Source: Vicugna vicugna
Taxonomy: Eukaryota
NCBI GenBank assembly: GCA_013265495.1
Contig: MU057703.1
Coordinates: 48,498 to 112,497, forward strand
Direction of reading: 5' to 3'
DNA: 64,000 nt
Shown here: positions 1 through 13,349 of the stretch, piece by piece
How positions within the stretch are numbered: the first letter of the stretch is position 1
Layout of the letters: the number at the start of each line of letters is the position of its first letter
The notes under the pieces: model-generated
Told to the model about the DNA's origin: nothing
Database searches by the model: none
The model's input: the letters and a program-made list of their open reading frames with translations, nothing else
Program-made: the position numbers and the translations under genes

Positions 1-189
1 ATTATTAGAGTTCATTTTAATCTTTTTGAAAAGAAATAGGTGTGGAGAATGTAAATATTATGAAGGAAATTATATGCAAAAACTGTGCTTGTTTAAATAA
101 GTTACTCTGATAGTTTATTAGGAATGAATGCATTTCAAGAAAGGAGGTAAATGCTTATTCTATTCATGCCTCATTGTAATTATTATTTA

Positions 190-680
190 TTCTTTCATTT
201 ACTTATTTGATAAAATTTAACTGAGCATCTACCCTTTGCCATGTCCATGAGCCTGTTCTTATATTCATGAATGGTTACAAGACGTGATTACAAAGGAAAT
301 AAAAAAGGAACTTACTTTAAATATGGCATAACATAAGATGTCTTCAAGCTGAGGTTAGAAATGAGACCTGAAAGATGAGAAAGTGCCAGCCATGCTATGA
401 GTAGTGAGAAGAGTATTATGGATAGAAGAAACAACATGGAGAACCTTAGCATTTTCAAAACCCCTCAAATCAGCTCATGTCACTTAATTTATTAAGGCAG
501 AGAGTATCCTAAGATGAGATCAGAGGACAGTAGGTGCCAAATATGTAAGGCTTCATAGGTCAAAGTATGGCTTTTGTATTTTATTCTAATTTTACTTTGT
601 GAGTATGTATGTATTTATAGAACTTGGATGCTATGTGGAGAATGAACTGGAAAACGGGCAAGAGAGGAAACATTTAAATG
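190..680 (-). mobile_element. L2 LINE 3' fragment (ancient)
   Basis: Begins with a degenerate reverse-complement L2 tail (ttcatttacttatttgataaaatttaactgagcatctac), followed by purine-rich L2-like sequence. Boundaries approximate. Confidence 0.5.
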
Positions 681-2209
681 CTAAGCTTAGTATTTATGCT
701 TTAGGCGTTCACAGGAAGACAGTTATGGCAGAAGCAGCCTTTGGTTTATAGATGAGTGTTTCTCCTACTATTACTCAGCGAAGTGTTCCTGTATTCAGGT
801 AGCAACAAAATCACAGCGGCTTGCAGGTAAATATGCAAACTCCAAAATTATCTAAATATGTTTATGTCTTCCCTAAACTCTCAATTTCTCTTCATTCATC
901 TTTAAGTCAGTAATCCAGCTAATGAGTTGGTCATAATTCAGCCAGACACTATCAAGCTGGACTAGTCATCATCTCTGATAAAGAGCAGTGAAACATAAAA
1001 ACTGGCATTCTCTCCCTGCCAAGGATAAATTATTGTAAATGTCTGCGTAAAAATAAAAGTTTAGATTTCCCTTCACTGAAGATTGGACTAAGAATTCATT
1101 TGGAAACGAAGAAAATATTTGCATAATAAAAGCAATTAAAATAATAAAAGTTCAGAGAGATATTTTGCTGAGAAGGCTGGATTTCAAGGGCTAAGTGAAC
1201 TTAACAAGAACCTAGACTGTAGCGTAAAGTAGGTTCCAAGTCCATGCCAGACCTAACTTTGAGTGGTTAGTAATCAAATTCAATGATGTCGACAACTGAA
1301 ACATGACAGAAGAACTTCATTCATTTGTAAAAATAATACAATAGTTAATACTTTCCAGTGCTTTTACTTAAATTTATATATTTTCAGTCTTTAGAGGTAT
1401 TTAAAAGAATTAGGATTTATTCAGCTTTATTAAAAAACAGAAGACCAGCAAGTGTACATTTGAAGGACTTTAGAAACTGTTTTATCCACTTCCTGGACAA
1501 GCAAAGGAACTCTCTAGAGCGAAAGTGTGGCAGGTTAATTTATTTCACATTGACCCAGCAACTAATGTATGCAATATTCCTGAAATCTTTGACTATTGCC
1601 ATGGCAGGGCTAAGAAAGAGGAAGGCCCCTGTGGCTTGTATCTTCAAAACTTTTTCAACATCTCTGAAAGCTTTGATGTGCATTTCTGCAAAGGTCTCTC
1701 TTGTTACCAGAAACTTATTCTGTTTAATTAAAAACTAACAAAACGTAGACACTAACAGCAAATCAGCAGGCAGCAATGGTGATTCATAATTCAGGGTCAA
1801 ATTTAGCCACGACAGTAGTATAGAAAGAAAATGCCTTTTTGAACACCACGTTTGGCATTTTAATGAGTGAAATTAGCAGGCAGTTCTCACACATAAGCAA
1901 ATAATTGAAGAATGAGTGTAGGGTATACAAGTGATTCACACTCAACGTTATCTTTTCCACACTGTTTATTCCTCTTTTTGCAGATTAATTGACCTATTTC
2001 TTTTGGTGCGTGCCCTTTCAGAAGGAAATGCTTTATGCTAGATATTCTTCTTCAGTCACAAAATGTGAAGAGTTAGACCAACACTTTCTTTTTCAGTCTT
2101 TTTCTATTTTCTAGTTACCCTAAATATTTAAGCATTCTCTTCTAAATAATCATAGGGAAGAACTTACATTTTTCTTGAACATGCTTTTCTGTGTGTCATA
2201 ATTTTTCCT

Positions 2210-2385
2210 TAGTAAAAGGTACAAAATTTCAGCTATAGGATGAATAAAGTCTAAGGATCTAATACGTAACATGGTGATGACAGTGGATAATACTATCTTG
2301 TATAATTGAAACTTGCTGAGAGTAAAACTTAAGTGATTTCATACACACACAAAAAAAGGTGAATGTGTGAAGTGATGGATATGAC
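2210..2385 (+). mobile_element. Old L1M 3' UTR fragment
   Basis: aaaaggtacaaaatttcagctataggatgaataa...aacttgctgagagta...gtgatggatatg resembles L1MA-type 3' ends. Confidence 0.6.
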
Positions 2386-2784
2386 CATTGTGCATCTGCA
2401 TCACACATTAATCAGAGCTCCTCAAAGATGGGAGTGCCTGCTCCACCATTTTTTTTCTTTCTTTCTTCTGATGCTAGCAATGTAATTTCTTAAAAGAATA
2501 GCATTCTTTTCCAGCAGTGTAGGGGATCATGGTGACTTGCTGCTTACTTCGTACATATTTACCTGGATTATGTATCCTTGGTGAACTTTATGTAAAATAT
2601 TAGTTTGTCATTTTGATATACAATCCTTTGTCTCTAATACGTATGTGACTGTGTTCTTGACTTCTAACAGGTGGAACGGTTCTCAGAGCTGTCTGGGAAT
2701 CTGCTTCCTGGGTTATAATCCTCAGTTTGTCTCAAATAAAATTCCTTCTTTTCTTCTTGATAGTGAATTGAATTTTTGTCAACA
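2386..2784 (+). mobile_element. ERV1-like LTR, 3' portion
   Basis: AATAAA at 2735-2740 and LTR-type terminus ...ttttgtcaaCA at 2784. The 5' boundary is uncertain. Confidence 0.55.
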
Positions 2785-5060
2785 CAGCAAAATTGAGCAG
2801 AAAGACGAGTGCATTCCAATGTACCTGCTGCTTTCACCCCATCCCCTCAACCCCCATCCTCCTCCGCTATCAACATCCTGCACCAGAGTGGTGCATTTGC
2901 TAAACTGATGAACCTACAATAACTTATTTTTATCAGCCAAAGTCCATAAATTGTATCATGCTTACTCTTGGTATTGTACATTCTATAGATTTGGAAAAAT
3001 GTGTAACAACATTTTTATCTCTGTTATAGTATCTACAAAATAATTTCACTGCCCTAAAAAACTTCTCTGTGCTCCACCTATTCATCTCTCATTCCTGACT
3101 GCCCTCTGGCAACCACTAATCTTTTTACTGTCTCCATAATTTTACTTCACTTGGCAGTATGCATTTAAGGTCTCTCTGTGTCTCTTTATGGCATGATAAC
3201 TCATTCTTCTTTAGCACTGGATAATATTCACTGTCTAAATCAACCACAGTTTATTTATTCATTCACCTACTGAAGTGTATCTTGGTTGCTTCCAAGTTTT
3301 GTCAATTATGAATAAAGCTACTATAAACATCCATGTGCAGGTTTTTGTGATGGCATGAGTTTTCAGCTCTTCTGGGTAAATACCAAGGAGCATGATTGCT
3401 GAATTGTATAGTAGCAGTATATTTAGTTTTGTAAGAAATTGCCAAACCATATCCCAAAGTGACTATATCATTTTGCATTCCCACCAACAATGAATGAGAG
3501 TTCCTGTTGCTCCATATTCTCATCAGCATTTGCTGTTGCCAGTGTCCCAGATTTTGACCATTCTAATAGGTTGGTAATGGTATCTCCCTGTTGTTTCAAT
3601 TTGCATTTCCCTGATGACATATGATATGAAGCATGTGAGCACATGACATATCCTTTCACATGCTTATTTTCCATCTGTATATGTCCTCTGATGAGGTGTC
3701 CAGCTCATTTGGTCATTTTTTAATTGGGTTATTTGTTTTCTTGTTGTTGAATTTTAAGTTTCTTTGCATATTTTGGATGAGGACTTTTATCAGATGTGTT
3801 TTTTGCAAGTATTTTCTCTCACTCTGTAGCTTGTCTTTTCCTTCTCTTGACATTGCTCTTCACTGAACATGAGTTTTTAATTGTAATGAAGTTCAGCCAA
3901 TCAATAATTTCATAGTTTGTGCCTTTGGTGTTGTATGTAAAAAGTCATCACTCTAGCCAAAGTCATCACTCTAGCCAAAGTCATCTGGATGTTCTACTCT
4001 GTTATCTTTTAGGAGTTTTATAGTTATGTGTTTCACATGTAGGTTGATTATTTATTTTGAGCTAATTTTTGTAAGGTGTGTAAGGTCTGTGTCTATAGTC
4101 ATTTTTTCCTAATATGGATTGCTAATTGTCCCACAATTATTTTTTGAAGAGACTCCCTTTTCTCCAGCGTATTGCCTTTGCTACTTCATCAAAGATCAGT
4201 TTACTATATTTACGTGAATCTATTTCTGGGTTTTCTATTCTGTTAAATTGATCTATCATTTCTTTCACTAATATCACAGTCTCTAAGTCACTATAGCTTT
4301 CTGGTAATTCTTGAAGTCAGTTAGTATAAGTCCTTTGACTTTGCTCTTTTCCTTCAATATTGTGTTGAGTGTTCTGGGCCCTTTGCCTCTCCATATAAAC
4401 TTTAGAATTAGTTTGTTGACATTCTCAAAATAGTTTGCTGGGATTTGAGTTTAAATTCTGTTGAATCTGTGGGTCTAGTTGGGAAAAAATGACATCTTGA
4501 CAATATGAGTATTCATAACCATGAACATGGAATATTTCTCCATTTATTTAGTACTTTGTTTTCTTTCATCAGAGTTTTGTAGTTTTTCTCCTATAGATAG
4601 ACCTTGTAGTTTTTTAGATTTATAAGTATTTAATTGGGGGGGGAATGCTAACATAAATGGTATTGTGTTTTTAATGTCAAATTCCACTTGCTCATTGAGG
4701 ATATATAGGAAATCTATTGACTTTTACATATTAATTAACCACATACTCTACAACATTGCTATTATTGCTTGTGAGTTTCAGAAGCTTTTTTTAATTGATT
4801 CTTTTGGATTTTCTACATAGATAATCATGTTTTCGGAAAACAAAGACAGTTTTATTTCTTCCTTCCCCACCTGTATGCCTTTTAATTTCTTTTTCTTGTC
4901 TTACTGCATTAGCTAGGGCTTCCAGTATGATGTTGAAAAGAAATGGTAAAAGGGGATATCCTTGTCTTTTCCTGATCTTAGTGGAAAATATTTGACTTTC
5001 TTACCACTAAGTATCATGTTAGGGTAGGTTTTTTTTAATGGATCTTTATCCAATGGAAGA
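2785..5060 (-). mobile_element. L1MC-like LINE (3' UTR plus ORF2 3' remnant)
   Basis: Diagnostic L1MC-type 3' UTR (cagcaaaattgagcagaaag...caccagagtggtgcatttg...gatgaacctaca), then continuous antisense ORF2 remnant. Contains an 18-bp tandem duplication (aaagtcatcactctagcc x2.5) at 3941-3985. Confidence 0.85.
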
Positions 5061-6064
5061 GAGAAACATCCTTAAAGCTGAAAAATGTTAAGTTATTTAA
5101 AAATAGTAAATAATAAAGTTTATATTCATAAAATATTTTTAAAAGACCAGATTTATGCTGTAATTTCTTAATACAAATAATTTCAAAATTCTATGGATTA
5201 AATAATTTTGTCTTTAGGAAGAAGAAGCCACTTCAATGTTGCCTTGCTACTCATGGCCAAGGTGAGCATTACCTCATTAAAGAGAATCTTCAGGTTCTAT
5301 CTCATGACTCAAGAAATATTTTCAGGTTCTGCTTCTGGGATCCTCTAAACGTTCTTGCTTGGATATTCAATTCTTTCTCATTGCTCTGTACCCTCTCCTG
5401 GGCCATTTCAGATTCAGGCCAATGATGTAATTTCAATTTTACTGTTGAAAACCGTGCCTCAGATTGTCCTTTGATCCATCTTCTGTATCAGATAGCTCCA
5501 TCCCCATGAAGTCCAGACCCGGCCTAAGACCTCAGAATCCCAGTAATAATCCAGTGTTTCAGGTTCCAGTTTATTGACAATAAAAGACCTGCAGGTATGA
5601 ATAGTTTGGACTATTTATGGATTTATACATTCTTAGAATTCTGTTTCATTTATTAGTAGGAGAATTATGATGCATATATCATGGACAATGCTGTGATCAT
5701 GTACACATATGGGACCCATCAAGGCCTTTTCAAGACTTTACTCAGGTAGGTCTTTTATGTAACGTAGTCTAAAAATTATGATTTTGTCTAATGAAACCAG
5801 AAATGATCAACTGTGAAGGAACTTATACTCATTAATCAAATTTCATGAGTTTAGTAGTTTCTCAACATAAGCTGTTTTCATGACTATTATATACGCCAAA
5901 GTGAGACTCTGAATATCTTCACTGGAACTTTGTTGCTCAGGAAGCTCCTTAATCACACATGTTCCTGATATCTCATAGTAAGGCGGTTTTGGAAAGTTCA
6001 CTTCATTTGTTATGTGCTTATGTTATTAGATTTGAAGTTTGGCTCTGAGGAACCTACCTCACTG

Positions 6065-7340
6065 ATTCTTTTGACAAATATTTTCTGAAGGTCCACTATG
6101 TAGGAGGCACTATTCTAAGTATTGACAGTATAGCATTAATTGTTTGTACCTTTATGGAACTTACGATGGAGGAAATTACCTTTAGTTAATCAAGCAAACC
6201 ATCATAATATTAGGCTGTGATATGAGCAATGAAGAAAAAGTAGGGGATAGAGAGTTGGGAGGGGGTGAAAGAGGGCTATTTGAGATCAGGCTTTTAACAT
6301 AGAAACTCTTAGAAACTGGTTATTGAATCTGTATGTAAAAAGAATGAGAAAGCATGCCTTATAAACATCTGGTAGAAAAATATTCTAAGAAATGAAAACT
6401 TAAGTTCAAAGGCAATGAATTGAGAATACGGCTGATATTTTCCAAAGTGACAAGGGTGGCTAGAGGAGTGAGTGAGAGGAAAATGGTAGGAAATCAGATC
6501 ACATAGATCTTTAAAGACCATGGAGAAGACATAGGATTTTTTCTAAGCATTATGGAAAACTAAAGGAGGCTTGAAAACAACGAGTTTACAGTGTAGAACA
6601 CACAGAACTATAATCAATATCTTGTAGTAATTGATAATAAAAATAATATAAAAATGAACATATGTATGACTGAACTATTATGCTGTACACCACAAATTGA
6701 TGCAATATTATAAACTGACTGTACTTCAATATAAATAAATAAATAAATAAATAAAGGAGGGTTGAAAGCAGAAAACTGACACGACCAAATTTAAATTTTG
6801 AAAGGATTATTAGTAATCCTTATTTTGTGGGTTGTGGGTTGTTGACGACTACAAAAGAGAAAGTAAGGAGACCAGTCATTTTAATCTGCAATGGTTCAAG
6901 CGAAAGGTAGTGTTGGCTGGGACTGTGACAAGGGCAGTGAGAAAGTGAGAAGTGGCAAGGATGGGATAGAAAAGACATGATGTTGATTCTAAGGTTTTGG
7001 TCTTGAATAATGGAGTGGTGTCCATTTTAGGAGATAGGAAATACTGGGAGAGAAAGAGTGTTGGGGAAGTTTTTTGTCTGTTAACTTTAAGATGTCCATT
7101 TAACAACCAAGTGGAGATGCCACAGAGAGAGTTAGGCATCTGAGCCTGATATTCAGGGGACTGTTTGTGCTAGGAATGCACATTAGGGAGTTATTTGTAA
7201 ACTACAGATAATCTTTGAAACCATGGTAGTGGACAAGATCACCTACAGATTGACTCTAGCTAGAGAAGTTTTAAGATTGGATTCCTGGGACCCTCCAAAA
7301 AGCAGGGAGAAAGAGCTCAGAAGTGGCTCATGAGCAGGGA
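6065..7340 (-). mobile_element. L2 LINE fragment, interrupted by a young L1 tail
   Basis: Antisense L2 tail (gacaaatattttctgaaggtccactatgtaggaggcactattctaag) and L2 body motifs (agtggagatgcc, tttaagatgtcc). Confidence 0.7.
6580..6751 (+). mobile_element. Young camelid-type L1 3' tail
   Basis: tgctgtacaccacaaattga...aaactgactgtacttcaat plus (TAAA)n tail. 19-bp TSD with 2 mismatches at 6561-6579 and 6752-6770. Confidence 0.8.
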
Positions 7341-8889
7341 GAAAACCCTGAGTCTCCAGCCATAGGTTCTAAATGTTTTTGCTAATCCAATCACTAGAAT
7401 GTGACTTGATCACTATTTTTCTAAATCTCTTTATATTAGGAACCAATATTTATACCAATAGTTATTAGTACAATAGTAATAAAAATAACTTTGAGACATC
7501 AACTTTCCCATCTGCCTCTTCCACAAAATAACTAAAAAACATAACAAAGCTTACTTTTCCTTTAGACATGCCCCACTAAATTCTAAATCTAAACTGAAAA
7601 AGACCCAACCCCCAAACTTATTATATATTAAATATTAAATATGTATAACCTTCAACAATGACAGATATTCCAAACAAGACTTGGTGCGGAGATTCATTCA
7701 TGCATACACAGTAATGGACACTTAGCATATATACATATGCTCTTTCCATGCCTCATATTATATGATAATCAGATACTATATAGTGATCATCTAGAAGCAA
7801 CTAGAACAGAGTGGTGAAAAAGTCTGAAACTGACTCAGATTATCCAAAAAGGTGGATAATTCAATTGCGGATAGTCTCAATTTTATTTGACTTTTTGTTT
7901 ACTCTTTATAATTCTTATACCATTGTTGAGTTTCTGGAATTTCCAACAGAATTAACAGAATTGGTTTAAAGAAGTGTTATTAGAAACACACATTTAAAAT
8001 ATGGGAAAAGCTAAAAAAATTTAGGAGGTTAAAGTGTGTACTAAAAATTGAGACTAATTGTTTTCAAAAATGTATAATTTTGTCAAATCCCCTTGAAGAG
8101 ATTAAAAATAGCTAATTCAATCCATTAGGAAAAACAGATCTTTTTAATAGAAGGAGGTCTCTGAGAAAGGAATTAATTAGTCACAAGGGCCATTTAATTT
8201 CCTAAAATGAACAAAGGGTTCCATTGGAAATTATATAAATATTCATAAAAATATTACTTTTACTGACAAGGTGTCATTTGCTTTATTAAAATCACCTAAT
8301 TTGTAAAAAATATCCTCAGAGATATATGAGAATACAAGATGATAGGAATATTAAATACGATAAATTTTAACACCTTAATTCTCCTCTTTAATACTTCTTA
8401 TTTTTATTTTTATAGAAAATGAATTGCTTTAAAACCTAAAAATTATTGTAATGTCCTACTGTAGCTGCGGTGTGGGGCTTATCAGTAATGACCAACTACT
8501 TCTCACTGATGGAAGAAGGTTATACTGTCTAGAAAATAGCTTTCCAAGTACAGGAAGGTGAATTAGCATCCTTGAGTTCTACTTCTGTATTGTTTTTGGA
8601 TGGCAGATTATGCTCAGAAATTGAGATTGTCTTTGGCAATGGTTTATTTTACAGGTTCACTGTAGGAATTATAATAATTTCATGAGAGCCAATAGCATAT
8701 GAAATAATGTCTCTTAATAAGTCGATAAAGAAACAACATACTCCAAACCGATAATAGATTAATCACACTATTGTTCCAGGCAAGGGGAAGAATATAGGAA
8801 TGAAGTCTAAATTTAGCTGAGGTGTACATTTCTGTAAACTGGTTCTCAGGACAATGCCTTAGCCAACTAAGAGGGAACATTCAGCTCTC

Positions 8890-9470
8890 CAAACAAAAGT
8901 GAAAGCCCCTGTTGCTAAAGCACGTTGCTAGGAACAAAGACACTGGTGTTGGCAGGCAAGGTGATCTTTCTAGAGGGACCTGCAAGTTTTCATCACTGTC
9001 AACAAACAGTTGCTTTGCCCAGGCGGGAGCTAATGCCCCAAGGTCTTCAGAGAACAATTTAGACCAGCAAAGAGTAGCCTTGCCCAAATCCCCAGAGCTG
9101 CCGGTCAAACCTCTCTGTATTTAAAGCTAAATGTCCTCTGGCCGTAGTCGCCCCTCCACATGCTCTTGTGGACAAGCTCCCGGCAGTGCTGGTCAGAGCT
9201 GAGCTACCGAGCGCTTACCGACAAGCACAGATGTAAATGACAACATCCTGACACAGCTTTCTCAATGTAAACAATTGCACTCTTAGAACAAAACAGATTC
9301 CATCTTAGAACCAAACAAGTGGGTTCGAAATCATATCAAAGCAATACAAAACAACTTCCGAGTTATTCAAGGAGTTAAAAAGCAAAGCCTATAAAACTAG
9401 GTTTGGTCTGTTCACTGCAGAGGATCTCAGATGGACACTTTGCTTTTGCATCATGTGACCTCAAACTGAG
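8890..9470. promoter_or_regulatory. Candidate promoter/enhancer in unique sequence
   Basis: Tandem RFX X-box-like motifs at 8911-8935, IRF-like AAAGTGAAAG, forkhead TGTAAACA at 9266-9273, ETS ACTTCCG, E-box TCATGTGAC at 9451-9459, and locally retained CpGs. Motif matches only. Confidence 0.4.
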
Positions 9471-10017
9471 CTGCTGGAATCCAGGTGTAGCAATTAGTTC
9501 TAGTAGGGTTGGATGGGTAATAAAACTTTTTTTTTAATTAAAAAAATTAATGCTTTAAAAATAACCTTAGCTATGTGAATATATATTTTTCCATTATGAA
9601 TCTGTGTTGCTCTGGAAAAATGTTTAGGCTCAGTATATTTTAAACATCAGCAGTAAGGATGTGTCAAAGTGTTTAAAATTGCATGAAGAAGGGAAAGAAA
9701 TACTTTCTTCTGAAAACTGTAACTCTCACTTTAATTTCTGTTAGCCTAGGTTGAACTCTGCTGCTATATGGTTTCTACTTTTGGAAGAACACTGTCAGAC
9801 ATTAGATTATCATTAAAATTGATCTGCTTTATAAAAAGACATAGTACTGCAGGGCACCTGGAATCTGGTTTACACACATCTCCAGGGCAGAAACATCTGT
9901 CCTTCATATGCTGGCAATTTTCACCAGACCGTGCTACACTTTTAAGTCTCATACAACTAATTTTTACCTTATTCATTTTGAATTTTCATATTATTTTGTT
10001 CCTATTTTCAATGTTTC

Positions 10018-10379
10018 TGTCTTAGTTTGGAATGCCATAACAAAATACCACAGGAAGGGTGACAAACAACAAACACGTATTTCTTAAATTTCTGGAGGCT
10101 GGGATGCAAGTCCAAGATCAATGTGCCAGCAAATTCAATATTTAGTGAGGGCACAATTTTTTGGTTTGCAGACAGCTACATTTTGGCTGTATCTTCACAT
10201 GGAACAGAGAAGACTGGTCTCTTCTTATAAAGACATGAATCCCATCAAGAGTACTGTGCCCTCATGACCTCATCTAAACCTGGTTACTTTCCAAAGGCCC
10301 CACCCCAAATACCATCACACAGGGGGCTAGGACTTCAGTATATGAACTTGGGGAGGGGACGAACATTCAGCCCATAGCA
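10018..10379 (-). mobile_element. MaLR solo LTR, MLT1A-like
   Basis: TG...CA termini (tgtcttagttt...cagcccatagca) and typical MLT1A motifs (tctggaggctggga, ctcatgacctcatctaa). 362 bp. Confidence 0.85.
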
Positions 10380-10402
10380 ATCTCTTTTTAAGCACATAAA
10401 CC

Positions 10403-10635
10403 AATAATAATGCCAGCAATAATTTTCATTTCTGGGACACTTGCTTGGAGTCAAGCATTATTCTAATCCTCACAACCACTCAATGAGGTAAGATACTATT
10501 ATCACCTCCTTTTTACAGGGAAAACTGGGGAAAAGTCATACTGAATAGCTTGCTTGAGGTCGTTCAGTTGGGAAGTGGCAGAGTTGGGATTTAAACTTGC
10601 CTGATTGCAAAGCCTACTTTCTTAATCAGCGTGTT
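10403..10635 (-). mobile_element. MIR SINE
   Basis: MIR core: taatcctcacaac...tgaggtaag...ttttacagggaaaactgggg...gtggcagagttgggattt. Confidence 0.7.
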
Positions 10636-11611
10636 ATGTAGAGTTATTTTATTTTGCTTCTTTTTGTTTGTTTGTTTAGGTTATTAGTAACTTTTAACAA
10701 AGAGTAGTATGTAAAACTAAGGAAACGATCTTTAGTTCTTCCTTGCAACTGAGCACTAGCTTTAGTGATTCTTAAACACTGAATTCCTCCAACAGCCAGA
10801 GCTCTCCAGCGAATCAGTGACTGTGTTTCAGGGCCCAGCACAATTCCTGATTTACTTGATTACTGCTGAGGTGGGATAGCATGCTGGTCTTTGCAGACAG
10901 CACCCGGGCAGTTTCATGTAAGAGACACGTTTAATGTAGACGGTGGTAGAATTAAAGAGAGGGGGGTATTAGATTAAGGGGAGCCTGGGAAAGCCAAATT
11001 TCCCTATATTGGGGGAATATTTTTGCTGGTGGTAATTAATATCCAATTTAATTCAAGAGTTTTTTAACTTTGAAATTCAATTAGGGCGTTTATATTATGA
11101 TTTAAGTATCGTTCTATGTCATTGAGTTTCCCTGAATAATCCAACAATATATTAGTAGCAACAATTTCATTAAAAGTGTTTGTATCAAAACAAGGAAGGA
11201 AGCATGTTTTTATGTCTCTTTTCTGTCTTCTTTTTACTTCAAAACCTTTTGATTATTCAGCCATAGGTCTTTGAGAGAAATCTCTAACATCTTCTATACT
11301 ATTAATTTTCAGTTGCCCGTAATAGTGTTTTTGCTGGTCTTCAAAGAGCTTTTCAACAAAATGTTACTGCATTAAGGAAAGTGGCAGGCAGCACTAACCA
11401 TATCACACAGGCAATAACTCCTGAGGCGTAGCTATAAAATATTGTCTGATTTTACAAAGCAAATTAGTTTCTGTACTAGACTGCTGATCTAATCTACTAT
11501 CTGTGGCATAATCTGATAAAACTGCTAAAACTTGTGTCAAATAAAAATAATAATAACATCAGGAAAATATCTGTGGTAGGGCATGGAATGTGAGTACATA
11601 TAAACTTGTAT

Positions 11612-11730
11612 TTATAGAACTTTCATGTGAAAGGGATCTTAGGGAACAATCTTGTCAAATTTCCTGGTAATTTACCAGTAAGCCCAGATTAAGTGATTTA
11701 CCCAAAGCCACACAGTTTTATCATGATAGG
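11612..11730 (-). mobile_element. MIR/MIR3 fragment
   Basis: ttaagtgatttacccaaagccacacag core motif. Confidence 0.45.
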
Positions 11731-13349
11731 AGAAGTATAAAATTGCACTTTATTTTCATTCTACAGCTATTGGGTGGTTATTGTGTGACAATTTTCTGCT
11801 CTGTGGCAGGAATTCAAAGATGAATAATGCAGTAGAATTGATAATAGGAGAGGAAAAGGAGGTAAAAGATAAATTGTAATATGGTATGATTATTTCTATA
11901 AGAAAAAGAATCCAGCCCTTTATAATACTGCCCTGCACTGCCTCCTTATAGTCCAAGACAGGAAAACAAATGTACTATTGTTAAAATGATCCTTTTTGCT
12001 TGGAAACTACACTCATAATTATACTTTCAAACTAAAATCTGGAAAAGTCAAAGTTATGGTTGGTAAAGTGTTTTGTCAAATTTTTCAGTGCTACCTTTAT
12101 AGAAAGATTATCCATTAAGTATATATATGGATATAAATGTGTGTATGTTTATTAATGCTATTAAACTTATTAAAGTTTATTAAGCTTATTAAAGTTAAAT
12201 TGTGGGGTATTCTGTTTCTTTCATTCTAACTCCTGAGTATTCATGTCCGAGTTTTGTGTCAAATAATCACAAACACGAAGGTTTCCATTGAAGTTTACAA
12301 TTTATCACTGACCTACAGATGCACTTTCCAGCCAAAAAGAAAACACTGAATCAATAAGGAAGTCCAATAATTAATTTAAATGATTTATTTTTATCTGGGG
12401 CTTTGGGATTGCTTGTAGACATTGTAGTATGAAAAGCCTAGCAGAAAAATAGTATAATTAGAAAATCATCATACAAATTAACCTCCAAGATTTCTGGAGA
12501 AATTGGGGCAATGGTGAGAACTGGTACAATCAAAACACTCTTTTAATCCATAAAAGGAATACAAATTTGATCAAGTGCCTTAAATAGTACAAGAATCTGG
12601 TATATATTACATTTTCCCTAATAGGCTGGTACTAAAGATTTTTATATCTGTGTGTTCTCTCTATATTCACCTCTCTTTTTAAAATTCAAACTAAATTCAT
12701 ACTTTTAAACTCCTATAACCCCACTTTTTAAATTTTACTTAATCGCTTCCCTTTGAGCACATTATTATCATTTCTTGATAGCTGATCATCCTCTGCTTGA
12801 TTCTAAGCAAGCCAAGGATAACATATCACTTTCCACAGATGTTAAGTTTATAAAATTAGTTTTGCCAAAAACATCTCTAATGTGAAAGGAATAGATCGCA
12901 CAGAGAGGGCTGCCGGTGGTTTTCTGAATAGCCTTAGACATGTTGCTGAACCTCTCCATGATATCTGTTTTTCTTTCTTTTTGAACAGACCTATTAGGTA
13001 TGAAGAAGATCTGAGAGTTCTAAGTGAAGTCACTTCTGAAAGAGAAAAGAGGTACCCTGGGGAGAATTCTCTTAAGATCAGGATGTATCCAGAGGAAATT
13101 TGATAGAATGTTGAGTATAAAAAAGAACTAGTGGAGAAAGTGGAGACAGAATGATGAGGGGAAATCAGTCAGCCACGCAGGATGAAATTTCCTGTTTGTT
13201 GTTTGTTCTTATGATCCTTTTTGGTCAATGTTGTCTCTACCTCAATACTTCCAGGTGGACATACATGCCTAAACTCACTTTTTATACCGACAGGTGGTAT
13301 TATACACAAAAGAAGTTAAACTCTGAAAAGGCAAATCTAAAAAGCAAAT

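Noticed and set aside
1358..1738. 126-aa ORF
   Set aside because: GTG start, AT-rich random composition and no recognised homology.
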